Assembly (NCBI GenBank): GCA_964630305.1
Contig: CAZVTR010000006.1
Coordinates: forward strand, 1-63,502
Reading direction: 5' to 3'
Origin: an uncultured Treponemataceae bacterium
Lineage (GTDB): Bacteria; Spirochaetota; Spirochaetia; Treponematales; UBA12059
Length of the DNA: 63,502 bases
The position numbers and the translations under genes were made by a program. The notes below the pieces were generated by a model. That model was not told the DNA's origin, searched no databases, and saw nothing but the letters and a program-made list of their open reading frames with translations. Below, one piece after another: positions 28,124-38,827 of the stretch (position 1 is the first letter of the stretch; each line of letters opens with the position of its first letter).

Positions 28124-29374
28124 ATGAAAAAAATAGTACTTGCACTCATGGCAGTACTTGCAGTAGTTGCAATAACTGCTTGCGGCGGTCAAAAAGGCGG
28201 TAAAACCCTTACGCTTATGCAGAATAAGCCGGAAATTGATGCTCAGCTCAAAGCATATGCTGCCGAATGGGGAAAAAGAAACAATGTTACCGTTGTCATC
28301 AAATCAATTGGTGGAACTTCTGGAGGCATGGGACCTCAGCTTAAAGCTGATTATGCAGCCGGCGACATGCCCGATATTTTTGCATTTGATGGACTTGAAG
28401 CATATAAAGAGTGGGAAGGTGTAATTCTCGATCTTTCAAACGAGCCATGGGTTTCAAAAACCTCAGTCGCGTTCAAGTATAATGGTAAAGTATATGGCTT
28501 CCCTGTTGCTGTTGAAGGATGGGGCATGGCATACAACGCTGATCTTTTAGCAAAAGCCGGAATCGATCCTAAAACACTCAATAACTATGATGCATACAAA
28601 GCAGCTTTTGAAAAACTTGATGCAATGAAAAAAGAGCTTGGCATTGATTCTGTTGTTTCCATGGCAGCTTCTGTTGAAATGGGCTGGGTAACAGCACACC
28701 ATAACTTCAACTCACTGCTCTCAAATGGCCTTTCCTATGGGGATCTCTCTGTAGTAAATGATCTTCTTGCAGGCAAAGTCGATGAGCAGCGTCTTGCAGA
28801 GTATGCCGATTGGGTAGAATTGCTTTTCAAATATGCAGATAAAACAGTGCTGTTGACTGGTAACTATGATGCACAGGTTGGCGCTTTTGCTGCTGGAAAA
28901 GCAGTGTTCCTGCATCAGGGAAACTGGGTAGATCCTAACATGAAGGCTGCTAATGCAACGTTCAAAATGGCATTTGCTCCTCATGGTTCTATGAAACAGA
29001 CAACTGATGGTATCTTTGTTGCTGCACCTTCATTTTATGCAATTAACAAAGATTCAAAAAATCTTGCGCTTGCAAAGAAATTCCTAAACGACCTCGTAGA
29101 AACTCCGTCTGGAAACAACTATATGGTTAAAGAAGCACTTATGATTCCTGCCTTTTCTAACATTACACTCAATCCTGAGGGACAGCTTTCTAAATCGGTT
29201 CAGGAATGGGCAGGTGCTGGAAAAGTATATTCATGGAATCAGTACTATTTCACCGGAGATTTCCGCGATAAAGTGCTCACTCCAATTTATAATCAGTTTG
29301 CTGCAGGAAAGATTTCCAAGAGTCAGTTTATTGCACTCATGAAAAAAGCATTTGAGGAAAATGCTAAAAAATAG
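28124..29374 (+). CDS. Sugar ABC transporter substrate-binding lipoprotein (CUT1, MsmE-like)
   Basis: Lipobox 'VAITAC', 'MPDIFAFDG', 'YGFPVAVEGWG', 'FLHQGNW'; RBS AAGGAGG. Confidence 0.88.
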   Translation: MKKIVLALMAVLAVVAITACGGQKGGKTLTLMQNKPEIDAQLKAYAAEWGKRNNVTVVIKSIGGTSGGMGPQLKADYAAGDMPDIFAFDGLEAYKEWEGVILDLSNEPWVSKTSVAFKYNGKVYGFPVAVEGWGMAYNADLLAKAGIDPKTLNNYDAYKAAFEKLDAMKKELGIDSVVSMAASVEMGWVTAHHNFNSLLSNGLSYGDLSVVNDLLAGKVDEQRLAEYADWVELLFKYADKTVLLTGNYDAQVGAFAAGKAVFLHQGNWVDPNMKAANATFKMAFAPHGSMKQTTDGIFVAAPSFYAINKDSKNLALAKKFLNDLVETPSGNNYMVKEALMIPAFSNITLNPEGQLSKSVQEWAGAGKVYSWNQYYFTGDFRDKVLTPIYNQFAAGKISKSQFIALMKKAFEENAKK

Positions 29375-29398
29375 TGTACAATAAATAGTAGATGAGGT

Positions 29399-29430
29399 TG
29401 ACTGGCTGTCTTGTGCAGCCAGTCACTTTT
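29399..29430 (+). terminator. Stem-loop between the binding-protein gene and the permeases
   Basis: Perfect 10-bp stem TGACTGGCTG / CAGCCAGTCA followed by CTTTT. Confidence 0.7.
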
Positions 29431-29509
29431 TACAGTCATGCAACTATCAAAACAGAGGACAGTGGTTTTGGTTTGATACTTGCACGCCTGTACATAAAGG
29501 AGGTCTGCC

Positions 29510-30436
29510 ATGAAAGGAAGTATGCAAAAGGAATCCCGGCTTGTGTTCTGGCTGTTTTTATTGCCTGCATTGTTTGCATTTATTATGGTGATGGTGATTC
29601 CCTTTTTTATGGGTGCTTTTTATGCTTTTACAAATTGGTCATCATCGGCAAAGCTAGACGGCGGCCTCAAATTTATTGGGTTAAAAAACTTTATAGATTC
29701 ATTTAAAGATCCTGCGTTTATTTATTCATTTGGTTTAACGGGTGTTTATACGCTGCTTTCTATGGTAACAGTAAATCTAATTGCATTTGCGCTTGCTCTC
29801 TTAGTAACCAGTAAGCTCAAGCTAAAAAATATTTATAGAGCAGGTTTTTTTGTACCAAATCTGATAGGCGGTTTAATTCTGGGGTATATCTGGCAGTTTA
29901 TATTTAATAACGCCGTGCCAGCGCTCGGAAAGGTTTTCCCATTTTTAAGCGCCCTTGCCGATCCTCAGAATCTGATGTTAAGCAAAAGCACTACTGCAGT
30001 TATTGCAATGGTCATTGTGAGTACCTGGCAGTATGCGGGGTACATTATGATGATTTACATTGCGGCTATAGAAAATGTCCCCGAAGAATTGCATGAAGCT
30101 GCTAAAATCGATGGTGCTAATTCGTGGATGCGCTTAAAAATGATTACGCTGCCAATGGTTGCACAGGCTTTTACAGTTACTATGTTCCTGACGCTTGTGT
30201 TCAGTTTTAAACAATTTGATGTAAACGTATCCTTAACGAGCGGTGGTCCGTCAACCATGCTCATGAATAAACCAATTTTGGGGACTGAGCTCTTAGCGTT
30301 AAATATATATAACACAGCGTTTATTTCTAATAATTTAGCAATGGGACAGGCTAGGGCGGTAATATTCTTCATTGTGCTTGCAATAATTTCACTCATACAG
30401 GTTTATGTCAACAAGAAAAAGGAGATAGAGCTATGA
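29510..30436 (+). CDS. Sugar ABC transporter permease (MalF/MsmF type)
   Basis: Hydrophobic segments; EAA motif 'ELHEAAKIDGAN'; 'FFVPNLIGGLILG'. Confidence 0.9.
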   Translation: MKGSMQKESRLVFWLFLLPALFAFIMVMVIPFFMGAFYAFTNWSSSAKLDGGLKFIGLKNFIDSFKDPAFIYSFGLTGVYTLLSMVTVNLIAFALALLVTSKLKLKNIYRAGFFVPNLIGGLILGYIWQFIFNNAVPALGKVFPFLSALADPQNLMLSKSTTAVIAMVIVSTWQYAGYIMMIYIAAIENVPEELHEAAKIDGANSWMRLKMITLPMVAQAFTVTMFLTLVFSFKQFDVNVSLTSGGPSTMLMNKPILGTELLALNIYNTAFISNNLAMGQARAVIFFIVLAIISLIQVYVNKKKEIEL

Positions 30437-31293
30437 TTTCCAGAAAAAAAATTGGTTTGATTATACTAGAATTTGTTACAGCTCTCCTCTTTGTCGCATT
30501 TATTTTTCCTTTTTATATGGTAATTATCAATTCTGCTAAAACTGCTTTTGAAATAACTCAATATCCGTTATCGCTTCCGGAGCGGTTTGGTAATCTTTTT
30601 GCCAACATTGTTAAAATATGGAAAAACGAAGCTGTACGGTATCCAGCTTCTTTTTTGGCTTCGGTTATAATTACCACTGTTTCATTGCTCCTTATCAATC
30701 TTTTTTCGGCTCAGGCAGCATGGGTGTTGGCGAGAACAAAAACAAAAACATCATCATTCATTTTCTTTATTTTTGTTGCAGCAATGGTTATTCCGTTTCA
30801 GATTGTCATGTTCCCATTGTTGTCCTGGTTTAGAACCGTTACCAACATTACCGGCATACCGCTGCTCCGCACATACCTTGGCATTATTATCAGCTATATT
30901 GGTTTTGGTGCTCCGCTTTCGATTTTTTTGTTTCATGGGTTTATCAAGAGTATTCCGCTTGAATTAGAGGAAGCCGCGCTGATAGATGGCTGTAAAAAGC
31001 ATGAAATATTTTTTAAGATAGTTTTTCCAATATTAAAACCAATTCAGGCGACCGTATTAGTTTTGAATGGTATATGGATTTGGAACGATTTTCTTTTACC
31101 GCTTCTTGTGCTGGGAAAGGGCAATACCATACAGACTATTCCGCTCGCAGTGAGCAACTTTGCCGGTGCTTTTGTCAAGCAATGGGATTTAATTTTAACT
31201 GCAATACTGATGGCGATGATACCAATTATCATTTTCTTCCTCTTTGCGCAAAAGTATATCGTTAAAGGAATGATTGCAGGATCGATAAAATAA
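30433..31293 (+). CDS. Sugar ABC transporter permease (MalG/MsmG type)
   Basis: EAA motif 'ELEEAALIDGC', 'WNDFLLPLLVL'; ATGA overlap with the upstream permease. Confidence 0.9.
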   Translation: MISRKKIGLIILEFVTALLFVAFIFPFYMVIINSAKTAFEITQYPLSLPERFGNLFANIVKIWKNEAVRYPASFLASVIITTVSLLLINLFSAQAAWVLARTKTKTSSFIFFIFVAAMVIPFQIVMFPLLSWFRTVTNITGIPLLRTYLGIIISYIGFGAPLSIFLFHGFIKSIPLELEEAALIDGCKKHEIFFKIVFPILKPIQATVLVLNGIWIWNDFLLPLLVLGKGNTIQTIPLAVSNFAGAFVKQWDLILTAILMAMIPIIIFFLFAQKYIVKGMIAGSIK

Positions 31294-33218
31294 TGAAAGA
31301 CCACTTTTTAGAACTCCTCGCTTTTTGCATAGAGTATTGGCAGCTCAGGGGTATTACTCAAGACGTATTATGGAAGCCTTTTTATGCGAGGCTCGCAGAT
31401 AACTTTGTCCGTTTTGCAGAACAGCTATTTGTTTTGTATGGACATAGGCCGGATTTTGGGTTTTATGTTGCAAAAATACTTGAAAATTTATTTTTTGCTT
31501 ATAAAAACAGACCGCTCTATTTAAAAAAGCGTGATGAACAGTTTCCTGTTGAATCCGGCTGGTATCTTTCACCGAATATGATTGGCGCTGTCGCATATGT
31601 TGATAGGTTTGCAGGAACCTTTAAAGGCATTCAAGAGCGCCTCTCATATTTGCAGGAACTTGGTATTTCCTATTTGCATTTGATGCCGTTTTATAGGAGT
31701 CCAGAAAAAGAAAATGACGGAGGCTATGCTGTTTCAAGTTATCGCGAAACAGATCCCAAACTTGGAACAATTGAAGATTTACAAGAGCTATCACGGGTAC
31801 TGCTCGATAACGGTATAGTGCTCGTAGCCGATTTTATTTTTAATCACACATCGGATGAGCATGAGTGGGCGCTCAAAGCAAAAGCTGGAAATCAAACGTT
31901 TGAACAGTTTTACTGGACATTTGCAAATTACGAAGACGTACAGCAGTATCAAGCCCATCTTCGCGATATCTTTCCTGAAGTTCGCAAAGGTTCATTTACA
32001 TACTGTGAGGCACTGGGTAAATGGGTGTGGACCACATTTCATTCATACCAGTGGGATTTGCGGTATGAAAACCCTGCTGTATTTAATGCAATGGCTCAGG
32101 AAATGCTTGCGATTGCAAATAGCGGAATATCGGTATTGCGTCTCGATGCAGTAGCCTTTACCTGGAAACGTAAGGGTACTTCATGCGAAAATCTTCCAGA
32201 AGCGCATACCTTGATACAGGCATTTAGAACAGCGGCTAAAATTGTCGCGCCTTCGCTCTTGTTTAAATCTGAAGCAATAGTTCATCCTGCGGAAATAGCT
32301 AAATATATTGATAGAGAAGAATGTCAGCTTTCATACAATCCGCTTTTAATGGCGGAATTATGGGAAGCGAGTGCAACAAAGGAAGTACGATTGCTCGTAC
32401 ACTCTTTCAGAAAGCATTTCCACATTCCGGAGGGCTGTGCGTGGGTAAACTATATCCGCTGTCATGATGATATAGGCTGGACATTTGCCGATGAGGATGC
32501 AGCTGAACTAGGCATCAATGCATATGACCACCGAAAATTCCTTAATGAGTTTTATATGGGACTCTTCCTGGGGAGTTTTAGCAGGGGTGTGAGCTTTCAG
32601 TATAATCCACACACTGGGGACAGGAGAATTTGCGGCACCGCTGCATCACTGGCTGGCATAGAATTAGCGCTTGAGCAAGGCAGCGGATACGATATCGAGT
32701 GCGCCGTGAGAAGATTGCTTATGCTTTATGGCATTATTTATGCAGTGAGCGGTATACCGCTCTTATACCTAGGTGATGAGATTGCAGCGCTCAATGATTA
32801 TTCCTATGAACAAGATCCGCATCACTGCTCAGACAGCAGGTGGGTACACAGGCCGCGCTGGTCAGACGAGGCATACAAAAACAGACATACCGTCACATCG
32901 CTAGCTGGTAAGGTATTCACAGCGTTATGCACATATGCACGCATAAGAAAAACTCACGACATTTTTGGCGCGGGGGAATTGGAAGTGCTTGATTCAGGGC
33001 ATCCCTCGGTATTGGTACTTAGAAAACAGCACAAGAATGCTATTTTGCTTGTTGTTGCAAATTTTTCTGAACACAGTGTCACTATGCCTGCATGGTGGTT
33101 TCATAATCATACAGGTGGGAGTGCTGGAAAAGATTTGCTGTCAGGAAAATTGCTTGCAGATGATGAAGAGTTAAGGCTTGAATCTTGCGGTATTGTTTGG
33201 CTGGGATATGGAGTATAG
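31293..33218 (+). CDS. Amylosucrase / sucrose hydrolase (GH13_4)
   Basis: 'DGGYAVSSY', 'DFIFNHTS', 'FHSYQWDL', nucleophile 'RLDAVAF', acid/base 'FKSEAIVHP', 'NYIRCHDDIGW', 'DSRWVHRP'. Confidence 0.88.
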   Translation: MKDHFLELLAFCIEYWQLRGITQDVLWKPFYARLADNFVRFAEQLFVLYGHRPDFGFYVAKILENLFFAYKNRPLYLKKRDEQFPVESGWYLSPNMIGAVAYVDRFAGTFKGIQERLSYLQELGISYLHLMPFYRSPEKENDGGYAVSSYRETDPKLGTIEDLQELSRVLLDNGIVLVADFIFNHTSDEHEWALKAKAGNQTFEQFYWTFANYEDVQQYQAHLRDIFPEVRKGSFTYCEALGKWVWTTFHSYQWDLRYENPAVFNAMAQEMLAIANSGISVLRLDAVAFTWKRKGTSCENLPEAHTLIQAFRTAAKIVAPSLLFKSEAIVHPAEIAKYIDREECQLSYNPLLMAELWEASATKEVRLLVHSFRKHFHIPEGCAWVNYIRCHDDIGWTFADEDAAELGINAYDHRKFLNEFYMGLFLGSFSRGVSFQYNPHTGDRRICGTAASLAGIELALEQGSGYDIECAVRRLLMLYGIIYAVSGIPLLYLGDEIAALNDYSYEQDPHHCSDSRWVHRPRWSDEAYKNRHTVTSLAGKVFTALCTYARIRKTHDIFGAGELEVLDSGHPSVLVLRKQHKNAILLVVANFSEHSVTMPAWWFHNHTGGSAGKDLLSGKLLADDEELRLESCGIVWLGYGV

Positions 33219-33221
33219 CAG

Positions 33222-34268
33222 ATGAAGAAAAAGAAAAAAGTAACAATAAAAGATATAGCAGAGTATGCACAAGTTTCAAAAGCAACGGTTTCGTTTGCTT
33301 TTAATATGCCCTGGAAAATAATGCCGGAAACACGAGAAAAAGTGATGCGGGCTGCCGATGCGCTTGGCTATGCGCCAGACCCTGTTGCACGGACGCTTGC
33401 AACAAAACGAGTTGGAGCAATTGGACTTTTACTTCCGGATCCAATACAGGAAGCGTTTAAAAATCCTTACATGTTTGAAGTGCTGCAGGGTATTGGAAAA
33501 GTGTGCAATGACGAAGATCTCGTTTTAACGATACTTCCACCTGTGAAAGGACTTCTTACCCATACAATTAATACAGCTGTGGTAGACGGTTTTATAACAA
33601 TTGGCATCAGTCCCGGACCGGAAATTCTCTCTATTATTGATAAGCGACATATTCCATTTGTAACCATTGACGGTGCAGGTTTAAGCAGCTCTGTAAATAT
33701 TGGCATTGATGATAGCAAAGCAGCATACGATTTAATGAATCTTGTTTTAAGAGCAGGGCATCGATCTGTTGCAGTGATTAGTTTAAAAAACAGCATTGAT
33801 CCGGATGATCCAGGAGAAGTGTATCGTTCGAGAATTGTTCAAAACAGACTCGCTGGTGTTGAAGCGGCACGGAAACAATTCATGGAAGAAACAAAAAAGC
33901 ATATTGCTGTAGCGGTTTACTATGCAGATGCAAGCTTAGAGTCTTCACGTTCTGTGCTGCGTGCAATGTTTAATGAAGGGAATCGGCCTGATGCTATTCT
34001 GTGTTTGAGTGATATCGCAGCGCTAGCAGCTTATGATGTCTGCAATCATTTAGGCTATGCTATCCCAGATGCAATTTCCATAGCAGGTTTTGATGGGATA
34101 GAGTTAGGTTCGATTTTACAGCCATCATTAACTACCGTAGCACAATCGGGGTTTGAAAAAGGTATAAAAGCGGCTCAAGCAATAGTAGCAATGATGAAAA
34201 ATGAGCCATGCGAAAATGTATTACTAAGTTATCACTTAATTTATGGTAATTCAGTAAAGAACATATAA
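33222..34268 (+). CDS. LacI family transcriptional regulator
   Basis: HTH 'VTIKDIAEYAQVSKATVSFAFN', hinge 'YAPDPVARTL', 'ISIAGFDG', 'PSLTTV'. Confidence 0.92.
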   Translation: MKKKKKVTIKDIAEYAQVSKATVSFAFNMPWKIMPETREKVMRAADALGYAPDPVARTLATKRVGAIGLLLPDPIQEAFKNPYMFEVLQGIGKVCNDEDLVLTILPPVKGLLTHTINTAVVDGFITIGISPGPEILSIIDKRHIPFVTIDGAGLSSSVNIGIDDSKAAYDLMNLVLRAGHRSVAVISLKNSIDPDDPGEVYRSRIVQNRLAGVEAARKQFMEETKKHIAVAVYYADASLESSRSVLRAMFNEGNRPDAILCLSDIAALAAYDVCNHLGYAIPDAISIAGFDGIELGSILQPSLTTVAQSGFEKGIKAAQAIVAMMKNEPCENVLLSYHLIYGNSVKNI

Positions 34269-34302
34269 TGCTAAAAGTCGGATTTTAGATGAGGTGTTGG
34301 GC

Positions 34303-35274
34303 ATGATTGTATGTGTTGGTGAAGCACTTATTGATATGGTAGAGAATCCAGATCAGAGAGAAATGTGTTTTATTCCTAAACCCGGAGGGAGTCCATATAA
34401 TACAGCTATAGCTGCAGCACGAGCAGGCGCAGAGGTTGGGTTTTTTGGCACGCTTTCTGTTGATAACTTTGGAAGAAAACTCATGAATAGGCTTAAAAAA
34501 GAACATGTTTCAATAAAGTATGTTAAACAATGTACTGATCCAACCGCGCTTGCTTTTGTTCAAATCCGAGAACATGGCGAACCGGAATATTCATTCTATT
34601 TTAATGGAACATCAATGACAGCCTTTGATCCAAAAAAAGCTGTACAGCTGATCAATGAAATACAAGCAATTTCCTGTGTTGTGGTTGGTTCAATTTCATT
34701 GGTTGTTGAGCCAACAGCAACTTTGATAGAAGCAATGATACTTTCAATTACAGCTTCACCTCATCGGCAGCTTATTAGCTTTGATCCAAATGTTCGACCG
34801 GTATTAGTTCGTGATAAAGCCTTGTATTTAGAAAGGTTTCAAAAAATAGTTGAGCATGCTGATATTGTAAAAGTATCTCATGCGGATCTTGAGTATTTAA
34901 TGCCTGATGTCAATTTTGAAACAGCGCTTAAGCAGCTTGCAACGCGAGGTCCAGGACTTGTTGTTGGTACGCGAGGAAGTCAGGGTGCTCTCTGTATTAG
35001 ACGTAATGCAGATGGTGTGCTCTTGCAGTGTGATGTTCCCGGCTGTGAGGTAACGGTAGCAGACACTGTTGGCGCAGGGGATACATTTCATGGAGCACTG
35101 CTGGCTGCGCTGCAGGCTATGGGAAAACTGAATAGAGATGGGCTGAGAACCATGACCGAAGAGCAGCTCAAGCATGCTTTAGAATTTGCAGTATGCGCTT
35201 CTGCGCTAGTGTGCATGCGCTACGGTGCAGAACCGCCTACGTTGCAAGAAATTACTGCAATGCTTCCTCAATGA
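34303..35274 (+). CDS. PfkB family carbohydrate kinase (fructokinase-like)
   Basis: 'GEALIDM', 'PGGSPYNTA', 'FDPNVRP', anion-hole motif 'DTVGAGDTF'; ATG 34303 follows RBS GAGGTG. Confidence 0.88.
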   Translation: MIVCVGEALIDMVENPDQREMCFIPKPGGSPYNTAIAAARAGAEVGFFGTLSVDNFGRKLMNRLKKEHVSIKYVKQCTDPTALAFVQIREHGEPEYSFYFNGTSMTAFDPKKAVQLINEIQAISCVVVGSISLVVEPTATLIEAMILSITASPHRQLISFDPNVRPVLVRDKALYLERFQKIVEHADIVKVSHADLEYLMPDVNFETALKQLATRGPGLVVGTRGSQGALCIRRNADGVLLQCDVPGCEVTVADTVGAGDTFHGALLAALQAMGKLNRDGLRTMTEEQLKHALEFAVCASALVCMRYGAEPPTLQEITAMLPQ

Positions 35275-36583
35275 GGAGACAGTTTTCCGGTATTACAGTT
35301 TTTCCGCTCAGGGTTATTGGCTTATTATCAAAAAGATTTTTACCGGAAATTGTTCCGGGTATGGTGATATAGCCTTTGCGTGCATTGAGATTGCACAGCG
35401 CATGCCACTGCGCATGTTCTCCTCTTCGTGTTAAAAGGATAATGCCATCACCGAGCGCCATATAAGAAATTGCTGCTCGGTGAGCTTTAATCTGCTGAGT
35501 AAGCGAAAAACATTGAGTAAAGAATTTATTGAATTCGCCGTTTTTCGTTTCCCATGGGACAGGCTGCTTTTCAAACAGTGTCGGATATTCGCTAATACCC
35601 CATTCTTGTCCCATATATATAAAGGTGCATCCCGGCAAAAATTGATAGAACAATGTCCAGGCTTTGAGCATGTCACTGTCTTTAAAGCGCCATGCCGCTC
35701 GTTTTTGATCATGGTTTTCAAGAAAACGAATTTTCTGTGCCGATGCAGGGTATAGCGCTTGCTGCAACCTGACATGATCAAGGTATGCAGTAATATTTTT
35801 TTGCCCTGCCCAGATCTGTTCCAGAATCTCAAAACCATCATAGTCATATGAGAGATCAAAAGCTTCGTGAATTTCAGGGTCAGACCATGCCTGGTAACCT
35901 CTCCCGCGCAGCTCAATAATAAAAGAGGGATGGACGCTTTCCGCAAGCCAGAGTGTAGGCCGCTCATCGCGCGCTGTTGCGTTGTTATAGCGATTAACAT
36001 GCATTCGTGCTTGTTTCCAAAATTCTACTGGCACGAGCGAAGCTACATCACAGCGAAATCCATCGACACCTAAACTTCTCCAATAGTCGAGCGTGTCAAT
36101 GAGCTCATTCCAGAGGCCAGGTTGTGATGTCTTACTGTAGTAATCAAAATCAACGACATCGGACCAATCTTCACATTTCCTTCCTAGCGAACCATTAGAT
36201 GTTCTCATAAACCATTCCGGATGCTTTTGAGCTAATATCGAATCTGGTGCAGTATGGTTGAATACCACATCAATCATGAGTTTGAGTCCGGCCTCGTGTA
36301 CAGCTGTGATGAATGCGCGGAAGTCATCGAGTGTACCAAGTTCTGGATTAATTGCTCGGTAATCTTGTATCGCATAGGGACTGCCCATGCTGCCTTTTCT
36401 GTTTTGTTTTCCGATTGGATGAACAGGTGTGACGTATACCCAGGAACAGCCAAGCTGTTTAATTTCCTGAAGTTTAGAAATTGCCGAACGGAATGTGCCT
36501 TCTTCAGTATAGTTACGAACAAAAACTTGGTACAATGCTGTGGTTTCGGGTGTTTTTTGTATGGCAGGATGTTTGCGATTCAT
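35252..36583 (-). CDS. Alpha-amylase family glycoside hydrolase (GH13)
   Basis: 'GSPYAIQDY', region I 'DVVFNHT', II 'GFRCDVAS', III 'LAES', IV 'FLENHDQKR'. Confidence 0.88.
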   Translation of the reverse strand: MNRKHPAIQKTPETTALYQVFVRNYTEEGTFRSAISKLQEIKQLGCSWVYVTPVHPIGKQNRKGSMGSPYAIQDYRAINPELGTLDDFRAFITAVHEAGLKLMIDVVFNHTAPDSILAQKHPEWFMRTSNGSLGRKCEDWSDVVDFDYYSKTSQPGLWNELIDTLDYWRSLGVDGFRCDVASLVPVEFWKQARMHVNRYNNATARDERPTLWLAESVHPSFIIELRGRGYQAWSDPEIHEAFDLSYDYDGFEILEQIWAGQKNITAYLDHVRLQQALYPASAQKIRFLENHDQKRAAWRFKDSDMLKAWTLFYQFLPGCTFIYMGQEWGISEYPTLFEKQPVPWETKNGEFNKFFTQCFSLTQQIKAHRAAISYMALGDGIILLTRRGEHAQWHALCNLNARKGYITIPGTISGKNLFDNKPITLSGKTVIPENCLLIEEALQ

Positions 36584-36721
36584 AGTTTGCTCCTTGCAAT
36601 TAGTATAGTATCATAAAACGACAGCATTGTAGATATATTGTTATTGCAGTAGAGCACCTATGGTTAAGGTGCATCGAGTATTGTATGCTGCAGTAAATAA
36701 CATGGAAAGGCGTTTATAGCG

Positions 36722-38290
36722 ATGAAACTATGGTTTTCAAAAACGGTACAATGGTTCTGCTGCATCGGTGTTTTGCTCGTATGTGTTGCTTCATGCACTG
36801 AATATAATTTCTTTATTGTTGTACCAGACAATTTTAATGAGCTTGCAGAAAAATATCCGGTTTTGCAAAAGCATTCCTTTAAACTAATGACACAGACTAA
36901 CTATAAGGCTCTTGATAATGCTAAAAATCATGTGAGACTTGAACTGTATGAAGCAGAACCGTTTGAGACAGTGCCGGAATCATACATATGCATTGGACAG
37001 GAAATTTTAGTTCCTGCGGTACCTCTCCATAGTATGACACTCAGTATTAGCAGGCAAGATCTCAAGGAATATTTTGTTGATAAGCTGGGTTTGCCAGCTG
37101 ATGTTATAGTATTACCCTTGCAAAAACTATCGCTTCCGTTCAAAGCGATACCTGCTGAAGGATCCTATATCAATGATCCCGAATATCCATTAGTGCGTAA
37201 GTTATATGTTCATCTGGAAACATACAGCAATGAAGAAGCGCAGGAAACAAAAAGGAATAAAAGTTTTTTCTCTACAGCACAGCGCGCATGGAACGCAAAT
37301 CGATTTTCGGTTTTTGCAAAGGCGGTACATGATTGGTTTACAGGCGCTGGCCATCGTGCAGAAAAGCTTTATCGCGAAGGAGAACCTGTACAGTGGGTCA
37401 TTGCTGTTGGCGATGTCATGCTCGGGAGAGGCATCGATGAACGGTTAAAAGCAGAAGGAGTCGAAGCAGTGTTTACCGACACCTTGCAGCATCTCCGGCA
37501 GGGAGCCATAACCGCTTGCAACTTCGAAGCATCACTTTCACAGGGGAAAGGGCCGCTGCAAAAATCGTATAATTTTTTTGTGCCTCCCTGGGCGCTTGCT
37601 TATTTGCAAGAAGCTGGGTTCAATTATCTAACGCTTACGAATAATCATGTGTGGGACTATGGCATTGATGGTTTTATTGAAACACTTGCTCGTGTAAAAA
37701 CGTCAGGTCTTGCAACGAGCGGTGCCGGCATGAATCTTGAGGAAGCGGAAAAACCCTGGTTGTTTGAAAAAGGAACTACTAAGTTTTGTGTGCTTTCTGT
37801 AGCAGCGTATCCTCAGGAAAAAAACGGTTTTAATGGGAAGGAACTAGCGTCGGCAGGGAAACATGCTCCAGGAATTTTATTTTCCGGAAAAGGCGCTGAA
37901 GATGCTATGAAAAAATATTTTAGAAAAGATACGTTTAATATCGTGTTTGTGCATGGAGGCATTGAGGGCTCCAATGTGCCGGGTGCTGAGTATGAAAACC
38001 TCTATCGTTCATTTGTTGATATGGGCGCTAATTTAGTTATTGGCAGTCACCCTCATGTGCTCCAAAGAATGGAAGCATATAATGGTGCGCTCATAGCCTA
38101 TAGCCTTGGAGATTTTATATTTGCAGAAATGGATGACGTACCGGGTGGTGAAGATGGTCTAATATTAAAGGTGGGGCTTGCAAAAGGAAAAATTGTTTAT
38201 GTGGAAGCAGTCCCCGTAAAATTATCGTATGTTGATGTACGTGTAAAGCACGATGTGCATGAGCTTGCACAATTTATGTCATTAAAATAA
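36722..38290 (+). CDS. CapA family metallophosphatase-like protein, exported/lipoprotein
   Basis: 'GDVMLGR', 'CNFEAS', '[10 protein letters not shown]', 'HGG', 'IGSHPHVLQ', 'YSLGDF'; N-terminal signal with Cys. Confidence 0.8.
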   Translation: MKLWFSKTVQWFCCIGVLLVCVASCTEYNFFIVVPDNFNELAEKYPVLQKHSFKLMTQTNYKALDNAKNHVRLELYEAEPFETVPESYICIGQEILVPAVPLHSMTLSISRQDLKEYFVDKLGLPADVIVLPLQKLSLPFKAIPAEGSYINDPEYPLVRKLYVHLETYSNEEAQETKRNKSFFSTAQRAWNANRFSVFAKAVHDWFTGAGHRAEKLYREGEPVQWVIAVGDVMLGRGIDERLKAEGVEAVFTDTLQHLRQGAITACNFEASLSQGKGPLQKSYNFFVPPWALAYLQEAGFNYLTLTNNHVWDYGIDGFIETLARVKTSGLATSGAGMNLEEAEKPWLFEKGTTKFCVLSVAAYPQEKNGFNGKELASAGKHAPGILFSGKGAEDAMKKYFRKDTFNIVFVHGGIEGSNVPGAEYENLYRSFVDMGANLVIGSHPHVLQRMEAYNGALIAYSLGDFIFAEMDDVPGGEDGLILKVGLAKGKIVYVEAVPVKLSYVDVRVKHDVHELAQFMSLK

Positions 38291-38313
38291 GATGTTTTAT
38301 ACAAGGAGATAGT

Positions 38314-38817
38314 ATGGCAGAAAAAGTACAGCTTGAAACTAATTTTGGAACTATTGTGATTGGATTATTTCCTGAAAAAGCACCAGAGACGGTAAAGAAT
38401 TTTTTAAGCTATGTAACTGACGGGTTTTATAATGGAGTAATTTTTCATCGAGTTATTCCTGGGTTCATGATTCAGGGAGGCGGTTTTGAGCCTGGCATGA
38501 AACAGAAGAAAACTAAAGATCCAATAAAAAATGAAGCTGATAATATGCTAAGCAATAAACGCGGCACTATCGCAATGGCGCGCACCAATATAGTGAACTC
38601 TGCGACTGCACAATTTTTTATTAATCTCAAAGACAATTTTTTCCTGGATCATAAGAGCAGCAAACCGGAAGAATTTGGTTATGCTGTTTTTGGAGAAGTG
38701 CTGGAAGGAATGGATGTTGTTGATGCAATTGCGCAGGTAAAAACTGGTTCGCGCGGTTTTCATAATGATGTTCCCGTTGAGGATGTTGTCATAACGCAAG
38801 CGAAAATTATAAACTGA
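38314..38817 (+). CDS. ppiB: Peptidyl-prolyl cis-trans isomerase, cyclophilin type
   Basis: 'APETVKNF', '[14 protein letters not shown]', 'GTIAMART', 'SATAQFFIN', 'GYAVFGEV'. Confidence 0.93.
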   Translation: MAEKVQLETNFGTIVIGLFPEKAPETVKNFLSYVTDGFYNGVIFHRVIPGFMIQGGGFEPGMKQKKTKDPIKNEADNMLSNKRGTIAMARTNIVNSATAQFFINLKDNFFLDHKSSKPEEFGYAVFGEVLEGMDVVDAIAQVKTGSRGFHNDVPVEDVVITQAKIIN

Positions 38818-38827
38818 TTGTATGCTG

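Noticed and set aside
36722-38290. Poly-gamma-glutamate capsule locus inferred from CapA
   Set aside because: No capB or capC; stand-alone CapA-family proteins are common.
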